Assembly (NCBI RefSeq): GCF_035594765.1
Contig: NC_085844.1
Span: forward strand, 13,593,923-13,657,922
Direction: 5' to 3'
Source of the DNA: Anolis carolinensis
Taxonomy: Eukaryota
Length of the DNA: 64,000 bases
Below the pieces are notes generated by a model. That model saw only the letters and a program-made list of their open reading frames with translations. It was not told the origin of the DNA and searched no databases. The position numbers and the translations under genes are program-made. Positions 26,788-38,671 of this stretch are shown here, piece after piece; the stretch's first letter is position 1; each line of letters starts with the position of its first letter.

Positions 26788-27741
26788 TACCTTCTTACTT
26801 ACCAAATAAGATATCACTTTAGTGTTCTAAGGTTGTAACCTTGATTAGCTTCTGACACAATAAATAAAGTGTTCTAAGGTTACTTTCTTAAAGAACACTG
26901 AATTGAGGAACAGCAACAAGTTACCTTTTGAATCTTATAACAAGTGAATGAATTACCTAAAAGAAATAACATCCTATGTCCTGCACATGCCTAATCAGTT
27001 AATGCAGTTAGCATTTTGAGACCAAGGGCACTTTCAGAATGAGGAAGGCTTTAGAACAGAATCAAGAACCTCCTCCTATTCAAAACAAATCCAGGAAGTT
27101 GTGATAGATCAGTGTAGCAATGCTTTGTGGTGTACATAGAACATATTTACTCACCAGAGCTAATCAGTAACTCAGAGTAGCACAACCATCGCCACAGAAT
27201 GGTTGAACTTCAAAACAGTATTTTGCATAAGGGAAACCCAAACTGTACTCAGAAACTGCACACAGTATCTTTTTCCCTATAAAATAATTATTTATTTTGT
27301 ATTGTTAGCTGCAGGGTATCCAGTATTAAATAAAACTGTTCCAACACAAAAGGCATATAAGCAACCATGATACAAAAATATGTAGTTTTAGAGACCATCT
27401 AACCATCCAACTCTAACCATCCATCTACATATCAGTTTATGTGTTTTTACTTACAATATTTTAAATTTACAGTAGAAAAAATATATTAAATTTTAAAATC
27501 TAAGTCCTAGTTGTGTGATATTATATATGATTTTTAAATTTCATTTTTGTGGGTATTTTATGTGAGGTCTTTTACATCCAATGCACAAACTAAGGGCCAT
27601 CATTTCTTGCCTGGAGTACCATATGTTCACCACAGCACCACCTACATATAGTCTTCTTCGAAAAAATAAGTAGACTTGGCCATCCCATATGACCAAGCAA
27701 ACCAGAAGTAGTAAAGGATTTTCTTCACAAAAGTCTGTGTG

Positions 27742-28626
27742 TCACCAAACTCCGATTCGCCGATATGGGCGGTGACTGTGTTCAAAATACATGAAATCTA
27801 TAAGGAAGACGGCTCCAAGTATGACGGCTTTCATTTTAATGTCAAGGTCCATGGGAAACTGGACCCCAATGTCATCAGCATCTGTAAACATTTCCTTCAC
27901 GAAGCCACCCCACAGCTTAGAGATTCTGCCAACATTTGATTCCTCATCCAGTGACATCAGATCGAATGGAATATCTGACCCACAGCTGAATACAATGCAA
28001 GGCCCAACTATTTTAAGTATATCCTGTTGGGCTTCATTTTGGAGAGTGAATTTAGGCAGACAGAGGTCCCAGTTTTGTATAACATACCCAATGGGAGTGC
28101 CAGGTGGGGCCTGGACTTCGAGCTTTTGCAAACAGCAAGGATAACAACACTTGGAGCACCTAAGCGGCCGTGTCAACTGGATGATTTCTTGGCCCAAGTT
28201 GTTGAAGATTTTGATGGTGAACGGCCGTGCTGCTCCCAACCAAAACAGGGTACAGAAGTTGTTCTCCTCCAATGCATAGTACACTCGTTGACCAATGTCA
28301 TTTTTTATTTCGTACCGGTTACATGTTTCAAAGCTAGTTATAATTTCCAGAATCTCAATCCTTTGATGAATCAACAGTCGATCAATCTGTCTTAAATATT
28401 CCAATCCGGGAGGACAGTCAGGCAAAGGAGAAGGAGCAGGCATCCAAGGTGCGTTCTCCAGATGAAAGGGGTAATCTTTGCGTAATCCATAAGGGTTGAT
28501 TTGGGTTTGGTTGGTTGTTGGTTCTAAAGTTCCCAAGTAACGTGGTCCAGATGTATAAGTAGATGGTCTACGTTGTTGTGATGGTGATGGATGCCTAGAT
28601 GTGGTTGCAGGTATATGTGGCTTCAT
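27742..28626 (-). CDS. intronless phospholipid scramblase (PLSCR1/2-like) ORF, 294 aa; probable retrogene
   Basis: Complete scramblase domain in one ORF: CPPGLEYL, FETCNRYEIKN, RPLRCSKCCYPCCLQKLEVQAPPG, GRISKLWGG, FTDADDIGVQFPMDLD, KAVILGAVFLIDFMYFE; Pro-rich N-terminus; AATAAA on the minus strand at 27291-27296. Confidence 0.92.
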   Translation of the reverse strand: MKPHIPATTSRHPSPSQQRRPSTYTSGPRYLGTLEPTTNQTQINPYGLRKDYPFHLENAPWMPAPSPLPDCPPGLEYLRQIDRLLIHQRIEILEIITSFETCNRYEIKNDIGQRVYYALEENNFCTLFWLGAARPFTIKIFNNLGQEIIQLTRPLRCSKCCYPCCLQKLEVQAPPGTPIGYVIQNWDLCLPKFTLQNEAQQDILKIVGPCIVFSCGSDIPFDLMSLDEESNVGRISKLWGGFVKEMFTDADDIGVQFPMDLDIKMKAVILGAVFLIDFMYFEHSHRPYRRIGVW

Positions 28627-29328
28627 TGGTACACATCAGCATACAGCTGCTCCTTGGGGAGTTACACTGTTCTCTCAGCATGCCTCTTTCTCCTTACCCA
28701 ACTGAAGTTCTTCAATGTTTTCTTGTACTGAGGACCATTCAACCCAATGAGCCTGAAGCCTTTGATGATAGAGCCACCTCACTGGTAGAACTTAGTTCTA
28801 GATATCAATGGGCCCTATTGTTAGGTCACAGAGTTCAGTTGCTACCACTGTTCTCCGGAAGGTGAAAGAGAAGTGGGAGGGACATAGATATGGATCTTCA
28901 TAGACAGATGCAAAACTTAATGCTACAGATATAGCATTAGAGTCCGAGAGAAGTGAAACACACAAATGAATGTGAGTCCTGATCTGGAGTCCAAAACAGC
29001 CTTGAAGCCCACTTCAAAGGGGCTTGGACTGAGAACTGTTTTCCACTGGGTCTTTTGAAGACTGTCATTATTTTGTGTATCAAAAAGGAGCGGGGAAAGT
29101 ACAGGTACTATATAGCCCGGTTAATGAAGTAGATGTGTTCCTGGGCTTTATTTCTTTAACATAATACAACAGAATCCACAAACATGTGATATCTAAACTT
29201 GTTTGTTGATACAATTTGAAGTCAAGAAGGAGGAAAGTGGGTTCTTAGTATCTGCTGGACTTTGGTTCCAGGACCTTTGTGGATACCAAAATCCAAAAAT
29301 GCTCCAGTCCCATTATGTACAATGCTGT

Positions 29329-30333
29329 CAACGAAGCCAAAACAAAGTTGATCACAACAACATATGTTATAGAACTCCAATATATAGAAGAAGATCTACA
29401 AGCCACTCTAATCACCTTTGCAGAAGCATACAAAAAGCTTGGCCTCTCACTGGACATGGAGAAAACCTACGTGCTCTATTAGCAGGCATCCAATCCCTCT
29501 GCAACACCAGAAATACAGTTTAACAATGTAACATTAGAAAATGTTGATCATTTCTGTTACCTTGGCAACCACCTATCCACAAAAATCAACATCGACACTG
29601 AAATGCAACACCTTCTGAGCTCTGCGAGTGCAGCATTTTTTGAATGAAACAGAGAGTGTTTGAGGTTTGGGACCAAGATGCTTATTTATAAAGCTATTGT
29701 TCTCTCAATTCTTTTATATGCCTGTAAAATGTGGCCCATCTACAAACAGTCCACTTCTGGAACAAGTCAATCATTGTTGCCTCCCAAAAATCCTGCAAAT
29801 CTCTTGAGAAGACAGACAAATGTCAGCGTTCTGGAAGAAGCAAAGACCAACAACATTGAAGCAATGCTCCTACACCATCAACTCCGCTGGACTGGCCATA
29901 TTGTCCAAATGCCCGATCACCATCTCCCAAAGCAGTTACTATACTCCCAACTTAGGAACGGAAAATGGAATGTTGGTGGACAGGAAAAGAGATTGAAAGA
30001 TGAGCCTAAAGCCAACCTTAAAAACTGTGGTATTGACACTGAGAAGTAGGAAGCCCTGGCCCTTGAGTGCTCTAGCTGGAGGTCAGCTGTGACCAGCAGT
30101 GCTATGGAATTCAAAGAGGCATGAATGGAGGGCGAAAGGGATAAATGTGTCAAGAGGAAGACATGTCGAGAAAACCCTTGTCGGGACCGCCTTCCATCTG
30201 GAAACCAATGTCATCACTGCAAAAGAACATGCAAATCAAGAATAGGTCTCTACAGTCACCTACATACCCACCACTAAGACCCTACACTTGGAAGGCAATC
30301 ATACCCGGCCGTGAGTGATAGTTTATGATGATA
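29329..30333 (+). mobile_element. 5'-truncated RTE-clade LINE inserted into a Tigger-like MITE (~29243-30480)
   Basis: Degenerate RT/C-terminal motifs EEDLQATL..FAEAYKKLGL, YKAIVLSILLYAC, QLRWTGHIVQMPDHHLPKQLLYSQL; 11-bp TSD TACAATGCTGT (29318-29328 and 30334-30344). Confidence 0.88.
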
Positions 30334-30480
30334 TACAATGCTGTAGTTAAATGGTGTGCCTTATATAAAATGGCAAAATTAAGGCTTGCTTTTTGGAATT
30401 TGTGTGAGGGAAAGAGGCGGTGGAGAAAGAAAAAGAGTGGGAACTATTTCCAAGCCATGGATGGTTGAATCAGTGGATGA

Positions 30481-30845
30481 AGAATCTAAAATCAGGACAG
30501 TAAATAAAGAGCAGCATTCAAATACCAGGGGAATTCCAGATAGCAAACAATCAGGGCTAGCTAACGCCGCCCAACAAACAATCCCCCCAAGCAAGAAGCA
30601 GCCAGGCTTTGAAGCTGCAAGGCCATTCAGTACTAATCAAGGTGGGCAGTTGCAACATGCACACTTGCCTCTAACAGACAAGAGTTCTTTCTCCCACCCT
30701 GGACATTCCACAGATATATAAACCCCACTGCCTAGTCTCCAACAGACCTCACAACCTCTGAGGATGCCTGCCATAGATATGGGCAACACATCAGAGAATG
30801 CTTCTGGAACATGGCCATATAGCCCGGAAAACTCACAGCAACCCA
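30481..30845 (+). mobile_element. Penelope-like element 3'/pseudo-LTR fragment
   Basis: CCACAGATATATAAACCCCAC..CCTCTGAGGATGCCTGCCATAGAT..GAACATGGCCATA..GAAAACTCACAGCAACCCA, shared with other copies in the window. Confidence 0.8.
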
Positions 30846-31149
30846 GAATCCATATAGTCTGAAAGATATAATTGCACTTGTCTGTTAGTATGTAGTTTGT
30901 TCTCTCTCTTTCTCTCTTTTTCTCTCTCTCTCTGTTGTAAAATGACACCATGGTGAGTGTGCCAGTAACTGTGGCTTCATTCAAATGGGGCAAGAACAAT
31001 GCAGCCAGCTTCGACAGCTTCATAGAATCATAGTGTTGGAAGAGACCTCATGGGCCATCCAGTCCAACCCCCCGCCGAGAAGCAGGAAATTACCTTGTGT
31101 GAAAGTTTCAGTGAATCTAATCAAGTCCTATTCCACTTCTTTGGAGCTC

Positions 31150-32045
31150 TCAGGATTACCTGGGAAGGTATCCCACTGGAGCATTGCAGCACACCAAAAT
31201 ACCTGGGAGTTACTCTGAACCATGCTCTGACTTACACTGCTCGAATATCAAGAAAAAAGTGGGTGCTAGAAATAACATCATATGAAAGCTGACTGGCACA
31301 ACCTGGGGATCACAACCATATAGCTGCCCTTGTGCTTTGCAACTCTGCTGTTGAATACACATACCCAGTGTGGAACATATCTCACCATGTTAAAACAGTG
31401 GCTATGTCCCTTACTGAGACATGCAGCATTAAGACAGGATGTCTACGCCCTACACCGCTGGAGAAATGATACTGTTTAGCTGTTATTACACTACTTGATA
31501 TCTGCCAGTAATAAAAGGAACAAGGCATTGACATCTCCAGCCCATCCTCTGTTTGGGTATCAGCCAGCATGCCAACTCCTTCAATCACTTCCTAACAACA
31601 GCTTCCTAAGATCTACAGAGATACTCACAGGAACACCTCAGTAAGCGAGAGTCCAAAAGTGGCAGGTTAAAACCCGGAACCTCAATCAGTGACTGATACC
31701 GGATGAGAAACTCCCCCCTGGGCATACAGAAGACTGGGTGACTTGGAAGGTGCTGAACAGACTGTGCTCTGGCACCACGAGATGCACAGCCAATCTGAAC
31801 AAATGTGGCTACAAAGTGTGCGTGTGGAGAAAAGCAAACCACAGACCACTTACTTCAATGCATTATGTGCCCTGCCACATGTACAATGAAGGACCTTCTT
31901 ACAGCGTCACCAGAGGCACTTGAAGTGGGCAGCTTCTGGTCAAAGTAAATTTAGTATAATGCCAAGTTTTTGACTTTTTTGTGGTTATTTTTATACACCA
32001 TAGCTGTATTCTCAATTCGCTTCTGACACAATTAATAAATGAATA
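31150..32045 (+). mobile_element. Vingi (Ingi-related) LINE, 5'-truncated
   Basis: ITWEGIPLEHCSTPKYLGVTL, ARNNI..KL.GTTWGS and WKVLNRL.SGTTRC motifs; 3' end GCTTCTGACAC + AATAAA tail. Confidence 0.75.
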
Positions 32046-32267
32046 AAAAATTCCACTTCTTGAAAAACAAGGGGTAATACATACTGTAATAGAATTTAGT
32101 AATACGTAATGCTATACGTTATCAGAGGGTGATTGTAGCATAGCAGCTAAACAGTTGAGGTGAAAAACTGATCAACATGTTGAGAAACAATATGGTATAG
32201 CAAATACAATATTGAAGCAGGGCATGGGAGATTTATATCCAAGACTCTCCAAAGACACTGGATGAAT

Positions 32268-32482
32268 GTGTTGTCGAAAGCTTTCAGAGCCGGGATCACA
32301 GGGTTGTTGTATGTTTTCTGGTCTGTATGACCATGTTCCAGAAGTATTCTCTCCTGACGTTTCGCCCACATCTATGGCAGGCATTCTCAGAGGCTGTAGC
32401 CATGCCTGCCATAGATGTGGGCGAAAAGTCAGGAGAAAATACTTCTGGAACATGGCCATACAGCCTGGAAAACATACAACAA
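32268..32482. mobile_element. Penelope-like element fragments in inverted (fold-back) arrangement
   Basis: ~32304-32384 is the reverse complement of ~32402-32481. Confidence 0.8.
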
Positions 32483-32624
32483 GACTGGATGAAATTCACT
32501 GCCTGACTTTCACCAGTGACCTCTCGGTCAGACTGACCTACCTTACAGTGTTGTTGTGGAGCTGAAGTGGACAGAAAACCCATGCATATCATCTTGAGCA
32601 CATTGGAGGAAAGGCAGGTTATAC

Positions 32625-32627
32625 ATT

Positions 32628-32670
<43 letters not shown>

Positions 32671-32900
32671 TTTGATTTACAACATTTATACCCCACCCTT
32701 CTCACCCGAGAGGACTCAGGGCGGCTTACAAAAATTGGCAAAATTTAATGCCCAAAAATGCAATCATAAAAACAGAACAATACATACAGAGCCATTAATA
32801 ACGTTGTTGAAACACATTATACAAACTTTTAAAATGTATATATAATTAATTCCATTCGTCCAAGATTCTCATGCTTCATCCTTAAATCAGGCCATGTCAA
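32625..32900 (-). mobile_element. L2 3' tail with (TTTA)n
   Basis: (TTTA)n followed by CATTTATACCCCACCCTTCTCACCCGAGAGGACTCAGGGCGGCTTACA. Confidence 0.7.
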
Positions 32901-35115
32901 CTTTATCATGTAACAGATACATAAACAAAATTGGAACATTTGCTTGTTTCAGAATGTCTGTGTGCTTGATACTGTGCGTTCAAGCTTGATGTTCATTAAC
33001 CAGGGGAATAAATTTGACTGGTGGAGACAGCATGGTGTAGTAGTTCCAGCATTCAAATCCTTGCTCGGCCTTGAAATCCGCTTAATGTTGGGCAAGTCAC
33101 TCTCTCTGAGCCTGAGATGAAGGCAATGGCAAAACTTCTGAACAAATCTTGCCAAGAAAACCTTGTGATGGGGTCACTCTAGGTCAGTAAGGACTTGAAG
33201 GCACACAACAACAAACCTCATTGCAAACGGGAACGCTCCTTTCTGAATAAACTCCATAATAGCAGGCTGGACTCAGCATAAAACCATGACCTGACTTCAG
33301 CCCACCTTGGGAAATATGCATATTAATAATACTGACCTACCTTGCATGGTTATTACTGTGGTTGCTGGGAGGAAGTATATTGAAAGCCATGAGCAATTTC
33401 AAAATGCTATTACTGTTCATTTGATAAGTGGATACATGCTCAGGTCTAGACCTTTTAAACATTTTCCTTTCCATGGATGTTGGCTCAATAAAGATTACCT
33501 GTAAATTCAGCCTCAATGCATTATCTCAGTGGAGTTCTGTGGTTTCTACTGAGTCTTCAGCCTGTGCAAATGTTAATGTCATGAGTACCAAACAATAAGC
33601 AACCCACGGATTTGAATAAAGCACTGTATGCAGACCTAAAGATACCTGATTTCCCTTTGGATTGCAAATGAATAATATTGATTTACCTCTGGCCATGCAT
33701 GGCTACAGCCATTAATCAGTAAACACTGTGTAAATGCTTGCAAGGCAATCATTTAACACTGTAGTATATATCAACAAAGTAACCCAGTGAATTATTTGTT
33801 CACAGGGCTCCTGTTAATCTACTTTTGACATGGCTAATTATACTGTTTGGTTTTTGTAAAGGGTGCATTCTGCTTTAGGAAAATCTCAGTATACACTTGC
33901 AATCTTTGCAGTACACACTTGCAATATGCAGAATGTGTGGGTATATTGTTAATGATGCAATAGTAAAATATATTCATATGAATCTAGGGTTACTGTATTT
34001 GAAAAGCAAGAAAGAGAACAGATATGCCAACTGATTACTTCAAAAAACTGATCGTTATGCTCAGTCTTCACTTTAAATACTTCTACTAGATAAGCCGTGA
34101 TAATTGATACTAGAACTACAGTATAATCGTGGTACCTGCAGAAGTGGTACCTGTAGTTTCATTTACCCAAAACTGGTGAAATATATCCTCTCTAGGCATT
34201 TTAAGGCCCTCCGGGTGATTCTATAGCATATGTCTCATGGAAGATATTTAAAGAGATATGCTGGAAGATCTAGTAATGCTTAGAGAGATGTCCTCTCTGG
34301 GAAATTCCTAGGTCTTCCAGCACAACTCTATGCTATGCTTCTTCAGGAAGACATTGGTTCAATAGGTTCACTATTGTGGCTTTGCGTATCAATGCAAAGT
34401 CCTGCAACAAATCCCCACAAAGTCCTCCAAATTCCCACAGATTTGGAGGCAGTTAGCCATCTGAGAAAACTGTATTGAACAAAGGATGTATATTGATAAC
34501 AACTGGAACACAAACCAAAGTTTGTGTGCATTGAACAATCAGACAACAAAGGTGTCACTCTCTGTGCCAGTTATGTGGACAACTTTGAATTTTAGAGCAT
34601 TTCAGATTTCTGGATAAGGGATACTTAACTGTAACAGTGGAACCTGTATTGGAATCCAGTGCAGGCAACTATAAAGTAGACAAATAATCTTCTCTGTGTT
34701 GAAATGTTGATTGTTATCACTTTTTATCCAGCAAATTCTCAATATCATAGCCATTTCCTTGGAAAGCTATGACATGTTTCCAATATTTCTCATGGGGAAG
34801 CCCTCCAGCCTTCTGAATAAATTCCTGTTAGATATAAATGTCTGTATCTCTGATGGTTTGAGCATTGGGCTACAGCTCTGGAGAGCAGGGTTTGATCCTT
34901 CACTGAGCCATGAAAACCAATTTGGTAACCCTAGGCAAGGCATTGCCTCTCCACCCCAGAAAACACTGTAATAGGTGTGCTTTAGGGTTGCCATCAGGCA
35001 GAAATGACATGAAGGCAAACAATAAAACTTCTGAATAACACACACCTCTATGAATCCTCTCTAAGCCAGAACATAAGTACAAGAACCAAGAAGATCTTCT
35101 CTTAAGTCTCCACCA

Positions 35116-35253
35116 NNNNNNNNNNNNNNNNNNNNNNNNNNNNNNNNNNNNNNNNNNNNNNNNNNNNNNNNNNNNNNNNNNNNNNNNNNNNNNNNNNNNN
35201 NNNNNNNNNNNNNNNNNNNNNNNNNNNNNNNNNNNNNNNNNNNNNNNNNNNNN
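35116..35253. other. assembly gap (138 N)
   Basis: Run of N. Confidence 1.
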
Positions 35254-35514
35254 CAGATTTTCAAAGTGTCTTCTGAGTAGCAGGCTGGCAGCTGTTATTT
35301 AAGACATTTCCATGGATTAGCCTTTACTTCTTGCCTCTCTTCCCTAAACCTGAAAGCCATAATGAATCTTAAAGAGCTCAGAAACAAAATTATTGTTTGG
35401 TGATGGAAAGTTGACTGTGGTCCTTTGCTTAATGTCTGCATCACTTGTTGTTTTCTGCCAGCTAAAAAGAGATGTGTGAATGAATAACAGGATTTTTTGC
35501 TTTGTATTCTTTAG

Positions 35515-35715
35515 TTATTCAGATGCTCTTCTGGATCATGGATGTTGCTCTGTCAATTCATGTGTGGGTTGTGCCCTTGCGTGTCGCCGGAGTCCGCGGC
35601 TGTTAACCAATGGCTACTATGTTCTCACAGAGGATAGCTTTCTGTCTGATGAAGAGGGGAATATTACACTGAGTCCATCACAGACAAGTGTCACTTATAA
35701 AGAAAAGTTGGTTAG
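35515..35715 (+). CDS. TMEM71: TMEM71 internal exon: (S)YSDALLDHGCCSVNSCVGCALACRRSPRLLTNGYYVLTEDSFLSDEEGNITLSPSQTSVTYKEKLV(R)
   Basis: CRRSPRLLTNGYY..TEDSFL.D..GNITL.PSQTSV.YKE.LVR is the recalled TMEM71 signature; ttctttag acceptor, AG|GTGTGT donor; expected synteny. Confidence 0.92.
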
Positions 35716-36445
35716 GTGTGTACAACTACCTAGATATCCTCTATTTGGGGAGAAGGTGTGTTCTGCTATTTTTGAAAAACGTAGCTCCTCTTTCCATTGT
35801 GGGAGAGCCATTGTCTTGATGTGGTTTGAGTGTTGGACTACAACTCTGGAGAACAGGGCTCGAATCCTCAATCTTCTCTGAAAATCCAGAGTGACCTTGG
35901 CTGAGTTATACACTCATGGGATGCATCTACACTGTAGAATTAATATTACTTGACACCACTAACTGCCATAGATTTGGAATCATGGGAGTTGTAGTTTTAC
36001 AAGTTCTTTGGTTTTCTGTACCAAAGAGAGCTGGTATCTCACCCAACTACACATCCCGGGATTCCATAGCATTGACCTATGGCAGTTAAAGTGCATTAAT
36101 TCTGCAGTGTAGATGCAGTTTGCTACAGTGAGATGAGCATCCTAACCAGTCCCATTTGTAAACTTATCTATAGTTTGGTGATTGTTTTTGAAATTAAATT
36201 TTAAACTGCTGTCTACCTGGACAGTGTAGAGTGTTAAAAAAATAAAATGCAACAATTAAGGAATGCTTAAAAGATAGCAAAAATGGAGCCAAGATATACT
36301 GTAATTAGCAAAAGAAAATAGTTTATTGGAATCTAAGTAAGAATTCATTATAATCTGAGTGAAGAAAAATTGATTAAACAATCTAAAATCTTTGCAAAAG
36401 ATCGATTTTGTACTTACATTCTTTCTCTTTTTTTTATCATTCCAG

Positions 36446-36627
36446 AATATTTAGGAAGAGAAGGAAAATCCGCAAGTCCCTTGTTAGTCTTTTCAATGTT
36501 GATGCTTCTAATCCCTGGTTGAACAGCACTGCTTTAGAGTCACCTCATGCGGAGGACACTTGGTCCGAAGAAGGCAGCAAGATGGATGGCATCTGGGATT
36601 ATGATAATGCTGGCCATGTTGACCATG
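36446..36627 (+). CDS. TMEM71: TMEM71 exon: (R)IFRKRRKIRKSLVSLFNVDASNPWLNSTALESPHAEDTWSEEGSKMDGIWDYDNAGHVDH
   Basis: Pyrimidine tract + ccag, matches RIFRKKKRI..S.SSLFN; phase consistent. Confidence 0.88.
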
Positions 36628-37574
36628 GTAGCTAAGAATATTTCATACTTAAAATTCTATAGTAATGGATGACCAGTTCCTTTGATGTATAAATATGGCT
36701 GAGCATGAAATAAGGACTCACAAGTGACACAAGGGTTATGGTATTTTAAAAAGTCAAAAAGAAATGCATTTATTGACTGACTACAGTCAGTCCTCCACAT
36801 TTATTATGGTCTATCTGTGAATCTCTAGGTCATCTAGCCCAGCACGGGCAAACTTTGGACTTCAACTCACCAGCTGTTAGGAATTGTGGAAGTTGACATC
36901 CAAAACACCCGGAGGGCCAAAATTTGCCCATACTTGCTCTAGAACAATCTATAATGAATAAATCTTGCCAAGAAAAATATTTGCTTGGTCCTTCTTGGTG
37001 TCACCGTGGATTGGAAATGACCTGAAGGCACGCAGTAGTAACTAGATCAGGAATAGTTTTAGGACCAAATCCAGCACAACAAAGACCAACCCAGGACTCT
37101 GAGTAGATTTCAGGAACAGAGAACAGACCTGTAATTAGACCAATAACAAATTAATAAAAAATGTTGCATGTGAACAATTGAGATGAATGTATAATTAGGC
37201 TCAAGAAGTCTTTCTGGAAATCCTGTCCTTCAAATACTATGGTTGGCTGCTTCATGGGACAATAGACTAGTACTTTGGAGATTAGTATATTTCCTGGGGA
37301 ACAGAGACTAGAGGACCGAGGAACTGGTTGAAGGCTGCTTCAGAGACCCTTCTTGTTACTCAGAGACATATTGAAAAATCAAGCATCAAATGGGTAGGAT
37401 ATGAAATCTGAGGCAATGACGCCAAATAGAAATAATCAAACAAGCCAGAATAGTCAGCTAACTTCAAACTGTAGTTTTATATCCTGGGTTGTTCTGAAGC
37501 CGGTAGCAATACTTTCCTAGTCCAGACCCAATGGAAAACTATTCTCTACTAGAGAGTTGAGTTTATTCCTTCTC

Positions 37575-37631
<57 letters not shown>

Positions 37632-37925
37632 CACAACAAGATTAATACACAGCAAACAAGATCGCTGGCTGTTGTATTGGAACACATGTCGGACACTCCC
37701 CAAGTGTCTAAGACTATGTGATGCAAGTGCCAATCACCACTGGGACCACCTTTACTGACTTGTGGCAAAGTCTTTGCAGTTCGATATTTAAATCCTCATA
37801 TCGCATAAGCTTTTCCAGTTGCTTCTCATCGATTCTGCTGTCACCTGGGATGGCAACATCAATAATCCATATTTTGTTTTTTTTTAAGTGATCATGAGAG
37901 CAAGAGTTATTATTATTATTACTAT
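37575..37925 (-). mobile_element. deleted R4/Dong fragment flanked by (TTA)n
   Basis: Homologous to parts of 48635-49550; (TTA)n on both sides. Confidence 0.75.
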
Positions 37926-38291
37926 TATCATACAGAGGAAAGGGAGGAAGCTAACACAGCTGATAGTCAATAGAATGATGAATGTCTTCCATATTTTAAT
38001 ATAAAGTTTAGGAGAGGCTGGAGCTATACTGTCCTATATCCCAGGATTTGATTCCAGATTATCTGCTTTGAACTGAATTATATGAGTCTCCATTGCCATA
38101 TAATCTAGGATAATGAGAAAATCTGGGACCAGATCCTGGGATATAGGGCAGTGTAGAAGGACCCAGACTTACCAAAGTTCTGAATTCCATCCCCAGAATA
38201 CTCTCACAAATGTTTAATTCCCACATGTCTTCCTTCATTCTTCTCTATCATTTAGATTATTTTAAGAATTTCCCAGCTTTTCTGTTAAGAC

Positions 38292-38425
38292 CAGGCATGG
38301 GCAAACTTCGGTCCTCCGGGTGTTTTGGACTTCAACTCACACAATTCCTAACAGCCTACCGGCTGTTAGGAATTGTGTGAATTGAAGTCCAAAACACCCA
38401 GAGGACCGAAGTTTGCCCGTGCCTG
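38292..38425. mobile_element. palindromic hAT MITE
   Basis: TIRs CAGGCATGGGCAAACTT / AAGTTTGCCCGTGCCTG; 8-bp TSD GTTAAGAC/GTTTAGAC; relatives at ~19768-19880, ~25180-25313, ~36840-36935 and ~44800-44932. Confidence 0.85.
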
Positions 38426-38488
38426 GTTTAGACCATAGAGCTTTAGCATTTTCAATCACAACAAATAACCTTATGTGACATTTTATAG

Positions 38489-38671
38489 GAATTGCTGATG
38501 CTGCATTGAGACACACAACTCAGAGGGCCGAAGGACATTGTGCCGCTCCAGGCAGATCCCCTCCTTTGAAAGGTCTGACTTTTACAAAATCCAGACAGCA
38601 ACACCATTCTCCTTGCATCTTTCGTTTGGCAGAAAAAGAGTGCTCCTGTGAAAAAGCACTGAATTCTTCTG
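38489..38671 (+). CDS. TMEM71: TMEM71 exon (poorly conserved linker): (G)IADAALRHTTQRAEGHCAAPGRSPPLKGLTFTKSRQQHHSPCIFRLAEKECSCEKALNSS
   Basis: 183-bp open exon, phase 1-1, tttatag acceptor, G|GTGAGT donor; joins the neighbouring exons in frame. Confidence 0.72.

Noticed and set aside
27149-27157. Perfect minus-strand donor CTG|GTGAGT suggesting PLSCR-PHF20L1 read-through splicing
   Set aside because: Lies downstream of the AATAAA at 27291-27296; a lone 9-mer is expected by chance, and there is no transcript evidence.
33995-34050. Weak resemblance (QICQLITS) to the mammalian TMEM71 N-terminus
   Set aside because: No suitable start codon or donor; in-frame stop follows.
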